From Macrostomum lignano (Eukaryota): a DNA stretch of 53,732 nucleotides. Below are positions 12,093-23,660 of the stretch, in pieces. The notes beneath the pieces were generated by a model. It saw only the letters and a program-made list of their open reading frames with translations. It was not told the origin of the DNA and ran no database searches. How positions within the stretch are numbered: position 1 is the stretch's first letter; each line of letters begins with the position of its first letter. The position numbers were made by a program, and so were the translations under genes. Location of the stretch: contig NIVC01002780.1 of the NCBI GenBank assembly GCA_002269645.1, positions 1 through 53,732 of the forward strand, in the 5' to 3' direction.

Positions 12093-12533
12093 CAGTGAGA
12101 CTGTGAGTAGATGCAGGGTGAGACAGAGAGAGGTAGATACAGTGAGACTGTGAGTAGATGCAGGGTGAGACAGAGAGAGGTAGATACAGTGAGACTGTGA
12201 GTATATGTAGGGTGAGACAGAGAGAGGTAGATACAGTGAGACTGTGAGTAGATGCAGGGTGAGACAGAGAGAGGTAGATACAGTGAGACTGTGAGTAGAT
12301 GCAGGGTGAGACAGAGAGAGGTAGATACAGTGAGACTGTGAGTAGATGTAGGGTGAGACAGAGAGGGGTAGATACAGTGAGACTATGAGTAGATGTAGGG
12401 TGAGACAGAGAGAGGTAGATACAGTGAGACTGTGAGTAGATGCAGGGTGAGACAGAGAGAGGTAGATACAGTGAGACTGTGAGTAGATGCAGGGTGAGAC
12501 AGAGAGGGGTAGATACAGTGAGAATGAGTAGAC
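12093..12533. repeat. Minisatellite, 47-bp unit GTGAGACTGTGAGTAGATGCAGGGTGAGACAGAGAGAGGTAGATACA
   Basis: About 9 copies; period confirmed between 12095 and 12142. Confidence 0.95.
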
Positions 12534-13724
12534 GTTACAGATAAAGTTGAAAAGTGACCCTAGAGATATCGAACTCAACATATGGCTATACTCGCAGACC
12601 CCATAAAATCTAGTGAATCGTTGCTATTCACTTTTTACATACTATCGCACCGCTGTTTCACTCAGGCGGCGGTGCTACACCTGGTGGTGGGTTGGTGGGC
12701 TCGCAACAATAGCCGGAGCAGCTGGGATTTTAGTCAGACCCCAGGAAAAGTATTGCGTAATACAATATATTCATTAATATTAGCAAAATACGACTATATT
12801 TCCATAATAATAATAATAATGACAATATTTCTACAGCAGGAATAGCCTTGTACCAAAATTTAAGTATTGTTTTATAAAGAATAATATGAGCGCGCAACCC
12901 GAAGACAGGCACACAGTGAGGAATTCTGACCATCTGGTGGACACACAGGGAAAGAGATTAAAGAGTGATTTATTGCGGCGCACCTATGAAGGTGAAGGTA
13001 AAACGTTATTAACTTTCTCTCTATATACGTGTGTGTGTACACACCTAGTAGGTATGCGCCAGGGTGGCGCTGAGAAAGAGCCAACTTCATCATCAACTAG
13101 TTCTACCATATATTACCACTGAAGCTCCTGACCGGATGCTGGACACTGGATGGTGCACAATAGCGATCCCAACACGTTAAATGTAGAGAGCTGCATACCT
13201 GAGCATTGGCTATGGCATTAATAATTTGGGCAACAGGGTTCGGGTGCAATAGAGAACGGCGTGCGACACAATGAAGACGCTTGAGCTCAGCCCGCACTAT
13301 TGCACGATTTAACCAAACTGCTGAGAGGAAAGTGAAGCAAAGGACAGGCAATTGAAAGTTGCGGGCGCCTGCCTGATATCGTCTTAGCGATAGGAAATGA
13401 GACACTTTTTTGCCTTGGAAAGAAGCGGGAGGGGCCCACCATAAGCGCAGTTTCCTACTCTGCATACACGCGCACTGGCACTCACAGTTTACCTTTTTCA
13501 CCTTGGCAGATTCTCCTAAGCCTACTGAGCTCGCCTGCCTTCACCTACAGCCTCGCTATCCGCTATTGCTTTGGATGAAAAAATTGTCCCAGCTGGGCGG
13601 GCTGAGCTGAGTGCGGGGCCTGGCAACACCTGCAGCATCCCCTCTCCATCGTTTGCTGCTTAGCACCTGTCAGCACATGATGGGTGGGGCATATAGCTAA
13701 CAGCATTAAATATCGATCTGACAC

Positions 13725-15432
13725 GATCTAGGAGGCTAGCCCAGAACCTGAGGATTTGGGAGGCTGGCCCAGCAACTGAGGATCTGGGAGGCTGGCCCAG
13801 CAACTGAGGATCTGGGAGGCTGGCCCAGCAACTGACACTCTGGGAGGCTGGCCCAGCAACTGAGGATCTGGGAGGCTGGCCGAGCAACTGAGGATCTGGG
13901 AGGCTGGCCCAGCAACTGAGGATCTGGGAGGCTGGCCCAGCAACTGAGGATCTGGGAGGCTGGCCCAGAAACTGAGGATCTGGGAGGCTGGCCCAGCAAC
14001 TGAGGATCTGGGAGGCTGGCCCAGCAACTGACACTCTGGGAGGCTGGCCCAGCAACTGACACTCTGGGAGGCTGGCCCAGCAACTGAGGATCTGGGAGGC
14101 TGGCCCAGCAACTGAGGATCTGGGAGGCTGGCACAGCAACTGAGGATCTGGGAGGCTGGCCCAGCAACTGAGGATCTGGGAGGCTGGCGGCCCAGCAACT
14201 GAGGATCTGGGAGGCTGGCCCAGCAACTGAGGATCTGGGAGGCTGGCCCAGCAACTGAGGATCTGGGAGGCTGGCCCAGCAACTGAGGATCTGTGAGGCT
14301 GGCCCAGCAACTGAGGATCTGGGAGGCTGGCCCAGCAACTGAGGATCTGGGAGGCTGGCCCAGCAACTGAGAATCTGGGAGGCTGGCCCAGCAACTGAGG
14401 ATCTGGGAGGCTGGCCCAGCAACTGAGGATCTGGGAGGCTGGCGGCCCAGCAACTGAGGATCTGGGAGGCTGGCCCAGCAACTGAGGATCTGGGAGGCTG
14501 GCCCAGAAACTCAGGATCTGGGAGGCTGGCCCAGCAACTGAGGATCTGGGAGGCTGGCCCAGCAACTGAGGATCTGGAAGGCTGGCCCAGAAACTCAGGA
14601 TCTGGGAGGCTGGCCCAGCAACTGAGGATCTGGGAGGCTGGCCCAGCAACTGAGGATCTGGGAGGCTGGCCCAGCAACTGAGGATCTGGGAGGCTGGCGG
14701 CCCAGCAACTGAGGATCTGGGAGGCTGGCGGCATAGTAACTGAGGATCTGGGAGGCTGGCACAGCAACTGAGGATCTGGGAGGCTGGCACAGCAACTGAG
14801 GATCTGGGAGGCTGGCACAGCAACTGAGGATCTGGGAGGCTGGCACAGCAACTGAGGATCTGGGAGGCTGGCACAGCAACTGAGGATCTAGGAGGCTGGC
14901 ACAGCAACTGAGGATCTGGGAGGCTGGCCCAGCAACTGAGGATCTGGGAGGCTGGCCCAGCAACTGAGGATCTGGGAGGCTGGCACAGCAACTGAGGATC
15001 TGGGAGGCTGGCACAGCAACTGAGGATCTGGGAGGCTGGCACAGCAACTGAGGATCTGGGAGGCTGGCCCAGCAACTGAGGATCTGGGAGGCTGGCCCAG
15101 CAACTGAGGATCTGGGAGGCTGGCACAGCAACTGAGGATCTGGGAGGCTGGCACAGCAACTGAGGATCTGGGAGGCTGGCACAGCAACTGAGGATCTGGG
15201 AGGCTGGCACAGCAACTGAGGATCTGGGAGGCTGGCACAGCAACTGAGGATCTGGGAGGCTGGCACAGCAACTGAGGATCTGGGAGGCTGGCACAGCAAC
15301 TGAGGATCTGGGAGGCTGGCACAGCAACTGAGGATCTGGGAGGCTGGCACAGCAACTGAGGATCTGGGAGGCTGGCGTAGCAACTGAGGATCTGGGAGGC
15401 TGGCACAGCAACTGAGGATCTGGGAGGCTGGC
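13725..15432. repeat. Minisatellite, 28-bp unit GGGAGGCTGGC(C/A)CAGCAACTGAGGATCT (array 1)
   Basis: About 60 copies; period 28 confirmed between 13771 and 13799; occasional +3 (GGC) variants. Confidence 0.97.
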
Positions 15433-16530
15433 GGTTCACAGAAGCTTGGAGTAAACAATCATGAAAGTGCACAAGCCGAACCTAGTGGCAGATGCAGCAA
15501 ATTTACCGCAAACAATCTCAAATATTTCCCATAGGCCCAGCAGCCAGTGAAGTAAGTTCACACACATGCATACAAAAATCAGATTTCCGATTCTCAGTAA
15601 AGAGAAAGTATATGAATATTCTTCTTGAACAGCGCGCGGACGCGGCAATCTGACAGACGGACCAGACTTGGACTAGATCGCAAGACAGTAAATTGAAATT
15701 ACTCGCATCATATCTGCCGCGGCGGCAGGCAGGGCCCATCGCCTCAGGAACTCCGACAGTGATGGGCAGAAAATAAGACAGAAGCTGGCTGTGCAACTGA
15801 GGCAAGCAGAAGGAGGGACAGCAGAGGAGAGATAGAGAGATACGGGCCACTTTTTTACATATTCATACCTCCAGCGAAAGTTCGATCCCCAAAGGGGAGA
15901 AATGCACCAAGTCAGGCAGATCGAGAGTCCGGCAGAGAGAAGAGTTGGGAAGCGACAGCAATGGAGAATCGATGGGGCCTTTGCAGCCTCAGCGTACGGG
16001 TAAGGGGGGCCCCAGAAGCCCTGTTCCACAAGGCTGCCATGAAAATGTATACATAAAATCCAGCCACTTGCCAGCTGGGACACAACAGAACTCCCGCATA
16101 CAGGACAAGTTAGCAGGCGGGAGATGCCGGCTCAAGCTAACCAGTACCGGTGCACTACTCTGCTCAAGAAAACAACCGAAAGGTCGTCGAAAGGATTCAA
16201 TTTAAAAAATAGAGTTTTATCCCGCGGTTAAGGACCAAGAAGATGGAATTGTAGCCAACAATCCGGTCATAGTCTTGCGTGTGGGGTGGAAATTCTCCCA
16301 ACCTCTGCTCCTCTCCTTTTCTCTTGCTTTTTTTACCCAATTTTATGACCGCGGCCTTCGCGATCTGGCAGACGAAAGGCCAAAGGAGTGTCACAGCTCT
16401 CTAGTCACGAAATTGAGAAATCGAAATTCCTTCTTCAAACTAACTTCGCTTTATACTTAGACTAAGATTTATCATCGTACGGTTAAAGGCTTTTAAGTGG
16501 CATTGGTTTTTAAAACTAAAATATCTCATC

Positions 16531-17149
16531 TGAGGGTCTGGGAGGTCGGTAGCACAACTGAGGATCTGGAAGGCTGGCAGCACAGCAACTGACACTCTGG
16601 GAGGCTGGCCCAGCAACTGAGGATCTGAGGCTGGAGGCACAGCAACTGAGGATCTGGGAGGCTGGCCCAGCAACTGACACTCTGAGAAGCTGGCCCAGCA
16701 ACTGAAGATCTGGGAGGCTGGCCCAGCAACTGACACTCTGAGAAGCTGGCCCAGCAACTGAAGATCTGGGAGGCTGGCCCAGCAACTGACACTCTGGGAG
16801 GCTGGCCCATCAACTGACACTCTGGGAGGCTGGCCCAGCAGCTGACACCCTGGGAGGCTGGCCCAGCAACTGACACTCTGGGAGGCTGGCCCAGCAACTG
16901 ACACCCTGGGAGGCTGGCCCAGCAACTGACACCCTGGGAGGCTGGCCCAGCAACTGACACTCTGGGAGGCTGGCCCAGCAACTGAGGATCTGGGAGGCTG
17001 GCGGCACAGCAACTGACACCCTGGGAGGCTGGCCCAGCAACTGACACCCTGGGAGGCTGGCCCAGCAACTGACACCCTGGGAGGCTTGTCCACCAACTGA
17101 CACCCTGGGAGGCTGGCAGCACAGCAACTGGGGATCAGGAAGGCTGGCA
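16531..17149. repeat. Minisatellite, same 28-bp family (array 2; GACAC(T/C)CT variant dominant)
   Basis: About 20 copies in the same orientation as array 1. Confidence 0.95.
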
Positions 17150-18615
17150 GTGGTTCATAGAGCGTGCATCATGGCTAAGCTGTGTCCACAAGGACCTGCT
17201 GTAAAATGGTAAGTTTCCTCGATGTCTCAGCTGCCCGCTACATGTAGCTATCCAATTTATATTCCATTAAAAATGTTGACGTACGACTAAATTTGCGCTG
17301 TTGCATAACACCGACAGTCTCTCTATGCAGTTAGTTCTATCAATTTTTTTCGCCTCAAGCAGCTCAATTGAGAAGCCAATGCTTGGTCAGCGCAGGCCCA
17401 CAGCCAATATGAAAAAGTAAAACCCCAACAGACAGAGATATACGAGCCAGCCGAGGAAAGCGAGATCCCAGGACCGGCACTCTGGCTAACAATAATGCGC
17501 ACAGTTATTTTTCTTTCTCTAACCTCTCCCTCACGCTGCAGTCTATCCCTAAGCCTTGATGAGGCATCTTCAGCGCATCCGCAATGGGAATTTGATACCG
17601 CTATAGCTGGCGGGTAGGGCTCGGGAGGAGAAGCCAGCTTGCAAATAAGCTTCAGGCCGGACACAGACAGTGGAGCCCACAGTCGAGTGGAATAAAATAG
17701 CGACTAATCGAACTGGAAGCGATGATCTCAAGGCTCTTATCTCTTATGGAGAAATACAGCGACTAGGTTTATAACTGGCTGGTTGGCTGAATAACAGTGT
17801 AAACATATTCAACAGCAGTAGCTAGTGCCAGGTGTATTTAAGGGGTCAGGGGGGGAGCTTGCCTGATCAAAGTGATTTTACAGGGGCGGTTGTTGTCAAT
17901 GGAAATTTTTTTGGATCTCGTCTAACCGAGGGCTGCCGGATGGCCGCGTCACAGGCTGGGGACGGATGGAAATGGGAGAATTTTCCCACTTCAACGAACC
18001 ATCAGATCCCGAAGACAAGGCGCAATATTTAGTGCGGAGTTGGCCGCCAACCCAACCCCCTCAGCTGGCGCGCCAAGAATGGGAATGCATAATTTAGAAT
18101 GGTTTCCGCAGTGCCGCATGGCCAGGTACACTTGCGCTCACTCTCTCCCAGCTCTAACTGCCAGCTACTCAAATCCAGCCAGTATTGGCATCCTGTCCAA
18201 CCTGCATTTAGCGCCGGCGCCAGCGGCTAGCTTACCTGGGACCTGCGTATTAAACTTCTTCGGTACGGCGGGAAAGGTAGAAAAAAATAGGAGGGGAAAG
18301 AAGACAGACACAGAGAAACGGGATGAGGAGATTTTGAGCTGGCCAAAATAATAAAAAAATGTTGCCAAGATGCGAGACACAAGCCACAAGGCGCCATGCA
18401 ATTAACCCGCGCCCAGATAACAATGGCTGAATTATTATTGTCATTAAACAATTGTAACAGAGTTGGCAAGCTCATAATGAGACACCATTATCTAACAGGA
18501 GAACTAACAGGGGAGTCCCACAGGCATTGTTTTTGAAACTAACTGAACTTTGCTAGGTAATAAAATAATTACAATAAAAGTCTTTAATTGAGTTTAATTA
18601 CCAGGTGAGTTTTAG

Positions 18616-18736
18616 GTACCCTGGCGCAACGCCTACGGCGATATTGACATGAGGCAAGTCACACACTCGCTCACACAGGGTGTACAGCAGCCCTTGACTT
18701 TCTAATCGTCAGGTACGCTCGTATTGTACACTCTCT
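18616..18736. repeat. Unclassified dispersed hairpin-containing repeat, copy 1 (internally deleted)
   Basis: Shares ACCCTGGCG..GCGA.ATTG and CACACACTC..CACAGG(A)GTGTACAGC..CTTT..ATCGT.AGG..TGTACACT with the copies at 36.9 and 40.3 kb. Confidence 0.8.
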
Positions 18737-19461
18737 TTTTAAGCTAATAAGATTATCCTATCCAGGTGAAAACTATGCTATACTATATAATAAGCTGAAG
18801 TTCAAGAATCCTTTCCTTTCTGCGATCATTTGAATCGAATAGAATCTTCTACTGAAGCTGATGCAGCGTTAACGACATCAACTTTGAAGAGGTGGCCGAT
18901 GACATGAAGACATTAGGCAACACGAAGAATGAGCGCATCGGAAAAAGAGATGAGACAACAAACATGAACGCCTGCAAAGCCTGCAACAATACTGCAGCAC
19001 AGAGAATGGCTGGGATGTGGCATCGATCTCCAGACAGGCTGAAAGGAACTCTCGCCTCTCTCTCTGTCTCGTCATCTCTCGCCTTGCAGTGTTTCAAACA
19101 GTTTCCCTAAGAACAGCTCACGCGGCGACACTTGGCCAGCCGTAAGCGGGTTGGAGCGCGAAAAAAAAATTAACCGATGGCGAGAGGAAGGTGAAAAAAC
19201 ACACGCACACACACGTTTCATTGGCGTTAGTTTCTTTGCTCAGAACCAACTAGAAATTGGCCTCCATTCACGGGTTCTGCTGTGAAGGCCATGGCGCCTA
19301 AGCCTTCCAGGTGGGCTCTGGGCGATGAGAAGAATGACAGGCATTTAAGTTAGACTGTGAGACCAAACTGAGTGGGAATGTAGATTAATCTCTTAAAAGG
19401 ATTGGGACAAGATCGCAGGCTCTTCATCTGAAGAGGATTGCTACATGATTCAAAGAATCTG

Positions 19462-20311
19462 AGAGACAGATTCTCAAGGACTGATGGAGTGGAGACGCAG
19501 ATTCTGAAGGAATGAGGGAGTGGAGAGGCAGATTCTCAAGGACTGATGGAGCGGAGAGGCAGATTCTCAAGGAATGAGGGAGTGGAGAGGCAGATTCTCA
19601 AGGACTGAGGGAGCGGAGAGGCAGATTCTCAAGGAATGAGGGAGTGGAGAGGCAGATTCTCAAGCACTGAGGGAGCGGAGAGGCAGATTCTCAAGCACTG
19701 AGGGAGCGGAGAGGCAGATTCTCAAGGAATGAGGGAATGGAGAGGCAGATTCTCAAGGACTGAGGGAGTGGAGAGGCAGATTCTCAAGGACTGATGGAGC
19801 GGAAAGGCAGATTCTCAAGGACTGAGGGAGTGGAGAGGCAGATTCTCAAGGACTGATGGAGCGGAGGCAGATTCTCAAGCCCTGAGGGAGCGGAGAGGCA
19901 GATTCTCAAGGACTGAGGGAGTGGAGAGGCAGATTCTCAAGGACTGATGGAGCGGAAAGGCCGATTCTCAAGGAGTGAGGGAGCGGAGAGGCAGATTCTC
20001 AAGGACTGATGGAGCGGAAAGGCCGATTCTCAAGGAGTGAGGGAGCGGAGAGGCAGATTCTCAAGCCCTGAGGGAGCGGAGAGGCAGATTCTCAAGGACT
20101 GATGGAGCGGAGAGGCTGATTCTCAAGGACTGAGGGAGCGGAAAGGCCGATTCTCAAGGAGTGAGGGAGCGGAGAGGCAGATTCTCAAGGACTGATGGAG
20201 CGGAAAGGCCGATTCTCAAGGAGTGAGGGAGCGGAGAGGCAGATTCTCAAGCAGTGAGGGAGCGGAGAGGCAGATTCTCAAGGACTGACTGATGGAGCGG
20301 AGAGGCAGATT
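19462..20311. repeat. Minisatellite, 31-bp unit GCAGATTCTCAAGGACTGAGGGAGCGGAGAG
   Basis: About 27 copies; period confirmed between 19497 and 19528. Confidence 0.95.
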
Positions 20312-21404
20312 TGAGGATATGGATCCTATGAGGATAGGATAAGGATAGGGTCTGATTGGAAAACTCCTGTAAACACATCAAGTCTTACATAGCATAATAA
20401 GGAGCCTAAATTTCAACTTCGCCCCGCAAAAGTGCACAAATACCAGGGCTCAATGCCACCAAAAGCCTGTTAACATGCACTCCAGTGATTTCTTTGAACT
20501 GGAATAGCTTTTTGTTCGCTCCAGCCTCAACTACTAGAACTTGGTCGTGTTTGAGCTCACTGCATTGTTCATTTGAGCGGGTCACCCAGCCGGTCAAAGG
20601 GGATGGAGCCGCCCCTCCCGGCCTAAGCAGGCAAACCAGTGGGCTTCTCTCGTATCGTTTGCGATCGTTTTACTCTCTGTCTCTGTCTCTGGCTGGGCCG
20701 GTCAGATACAACTTGTTCTCGGGCGACAGGCCTTCCTATGCAGCCAAGGCTGGAAAGGTGAACTCTGGGAGTTGGCTGGGCAGGAGGGCGAGACACGGGG
20801 AGGGGAGAAGCTAGGGAGTTGGGAGGGGAGAGAAGGCTCCAATCCCACATCATAGTTGCTGAGTAAATGAATAATGAATGGTCAGTGGCCGCCGGAGGGG
20901 CTGCCAAACGCAAAGCTGTCCCCTGCCCTGCCCACCTCAGTTTTGCTCTGCTTCAGCACCAGAAGCAGCACCAACCTGTGACATCTCCGTAAAGTCAACG
21001 CTTAGGCGCTTTGAGCAGATCCTGAATAGACCAGCGGCTCTGCTGTGAACACTGGTAGAGATAAATAAAGCTACAAGCCTGCACGCCAAGAGATGGGGAG
21101 AAGACAAAGAAGCTGGGGAAAAAAGCAGAATAGGAGAAAGGGAGATTCTCCGTTGCTGAGGTGTACATAGCAAAAAAGCACTAAAACCTTCCCTAGGTTA
21201 TTTGCTTGACTTTCTGCAACTCGTCCCAAACATTTACAGCGCAACAATTCCACAGCTTTATAATGCAGAATTTAAAAAAAACTTTTATTATTCAGCGTTT
21301 TGGTCGAAAGAGTATTTAGCTCTTTACCGGTGCTCTGATGGCGCGGATTGCTATGACCGTGACAAAGCCTGAGACTGGAATAAAAATATTTTTAAAAAAC
21401 TTAC

Positions 21405-21456
21405 CAGCCGAGACGCCGGAGCTCAGTAACAATAATAGCAGAAGCAGCAGCGGCAT
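21405..21456 (-). CDS. Candidate first coding exon encoding a signal peptide MPLLLLLLLLLSSGVSA
   Basis: ATG at 21456, a 9-Leu h-region with mixed codons (not a pure triplet repeat), a V-S-A (-3,-1) cleavage motif, then G|GTAAGT, a perfect phase-1 donor. Confidence 0.5.
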
Positions 21457-22854
21457 TGAGACAGTGAATTCTGAGTGGCCGAACCGTCCGACCATAGCAA
21501 CTAGTCTGCTAGACATACCTGTTGTGACGGCGGTAATTATACTGTGTATATTATATATACTATACTGAATCTGCTGCAGCATTACGCTGATGCTGTTGCT
21601 GCATTTTTGGCAGCTAGTCAGCTAGATTGAGACCGGCTGCGTTCTCAATCTAGCTAATTCGGTCCAGCTATCGGACACACACACACACACGTGGGGGCGG
21701 CACAGGCGTTACGGGAAACTGCGCGCACTCAATGACACAAATACGGAAACACAGAGAAAAAAGGATTCCAAAGTTCGATGCAAAATCTCCGCGACAATAT
21801 CGCTTGAAAGTGTATCTTTGTGTTTAGAAATAGTATACAAAGTAAAATTGGACTGTCAGAAACAGCCATATAAACCGATGAAGCCTCAGAAGCCTTCAGT
21901 CAGCCAGAAAAACTGGGCCGACCAATCAGCGCCGTTCCAGCCCAATAAGTGTGTCAGTGGACTCAGCCTTGCTCCCTGCCAATCCGACAGTCCGCTAAAT
22001 CCAACTTGAACCGTCAAATCTTGAGCACTGCTAATCATTTTAATCAGTCTTCTCGCCTACTGACCCTAGTAGAAACTCTAATGAGCAGCTCTTTATCGAA
22101 GATTGACGCTTGGCCGAAGTTCTCCACGACAGTATAGTAGGCATAAGGAACTCATCTGGAACACTTAAGCCTGGATTCTCAGCTCCCCGGGGTTGTTACT
22201 GGCAAATGTTTCTGCACGTATAGTCATGCTCAGACCGCCTAGCAGCAGCAACGGCAGGGCACTCGTTAGTGCTGCTGCTGCTGCTGCTGTGACTCTGGGA
22301 GAGAGAGAGAGCAGAAAATGAAATTTATGGCCTGCAGAAACGAAAGCAGTAGACGATTTTCGAACAGAGAGCCTCATCTAATAATCACTACTCAATTTCG
22401 GTTCTTGTCAAAGTACTAGTAGATCATCCAGAGGGGCGAGCGCTATCCCTAAGCGATCCCAGTGCTGCGCCATTAAGCTATTAGTGTGAGAATTGCTATC
22501 TAGTTAACCAGTGTTGACAGAGAGGTAAAGGAGAATAATGGGTAGGGTAGGTACGAAAATAGGATACGAGGTATTTTTTTTAACTTCGTCAGCATGCAAT
22601 GAAGATTGAACCAGCTAGTTTGAACACGAATTATGGGAGCTCTACTGACTAAAGCAAAGTTGACAAGCCTCGCACTAAAAGGTGAATATGAATATGAATG
22701 CTTCGGCTAAGTTCTATTTCTGGGCATGAAAATTCATTCATTCATATTCACAAGACATTTAATCTATGAAATATGGAACAGAAAAAAAACTAAAAAGTAT
22801 TTTTAAGCGACATACTTCATTGATGATATGAATAATGAATAAAATCTCTAATGA

Positions 22855-23660
22855 GCGACATTTCAATAGCGATATTTCGACATCTCATGGCCGACATCCA
22901 GACAGCTCATAGCCGACATCCCGACTCTCATGGCCGACATCCAGACAGCTCATAGCCGACATCCCGACTCTCATGGCCGACATCCAGACAGCTCATGACA
23001 GACATCCCGACATCTTATGGCCGACATCCAGACATCTCATGACATACATCCAGACAGCTCATAGCCGACATCCAGACAGCTCATGGCCGACATCCAGATA
23101 TCTCATAGCCGACATCCCGACAGCTCATGGCCGACATCCTGACATCTCATTGCCGACATCCCAACAGCTCATGGCCGACATCCTGACATCTCATGGGCGA
23201 CATCCCGACAGCTCATAGCCGACATCCTGACATTTCATGGCCGACATCCCGACATCTCATGGCCGACATCCCGACAGCTCATAGCCGACATCCCGACATC
23301 CTGACATCTCATGGCCGACATCCCGACATCTCATGGCCGACATCCCGACAGCTCATAGCCGACATCCCGACAGCTCATGGCCGACATCCTGACATCTCAT
23401 GGCCGACATCCCGACATCTCATAGCCGACATCCCGACAGCTCATGACAGACATCCAGACAGCTCATGACAGACATCTCGACATCTCATGGCCGACATCCA
23501 GACAGCTCATAGCCGACATTCCTTCATCTCTCATGGGAGATATCCCGACATCGCATGAGCGAAATTCTGATAGCTCATGGGCGACATTCCGACAGTTCAT
23601 GCGCGACATCTCGACATCTCTAATGAGCGACATCCCAACAGCTCTCTCGTGAGCGAAATC
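22855..23660. repeat. Minisatellite, 22-bp unit CTCAT(G/A)GCCGACATCC(C/A/T)GACA(G/T)
   Basis: About 30 core copies (22880-23530) with degenerate edges on both sides. Confidence 0.92.

Noticed and set aside
12880-13122. ORF 12886-13122 with a possible 54-nt intron
   Set aside because: No recognisable homology; it cannot be supported as a CDS beyond the general + strand gene hypothesis.
13660-17127. Long minus-strand Pro/Gln/Ser-rich ORFs
   Set aside because: They are by-products of the 28-bp arrays, overlapping in multiple frames.
18593-18610. TTAATTACCAG|GTGAGT as a recursive splice (ratchet) site
   Set aside because: A single occurrence is expected by chance in a window of this size, and it is not conserved beside the other copies of the adjacent repeat.
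18860-19110. Plus-strand frame VNDINFEEVADDMKTLGNTKNERIGKRDE with a GKR amidation-like site
   Set aside because: A single GKR in purine-rich sequence, with no signal peptide or repeated peptide units linked to it.
22165-22290. Hydrophobic minus-strand frame AAAAAALTSALPLLLLGG after a strong acceptor
   Set aside because: Driven by a (GCT)n microsatellite, with no ATG before the hydrophobic stretch within the putative exon and only a weak donor.
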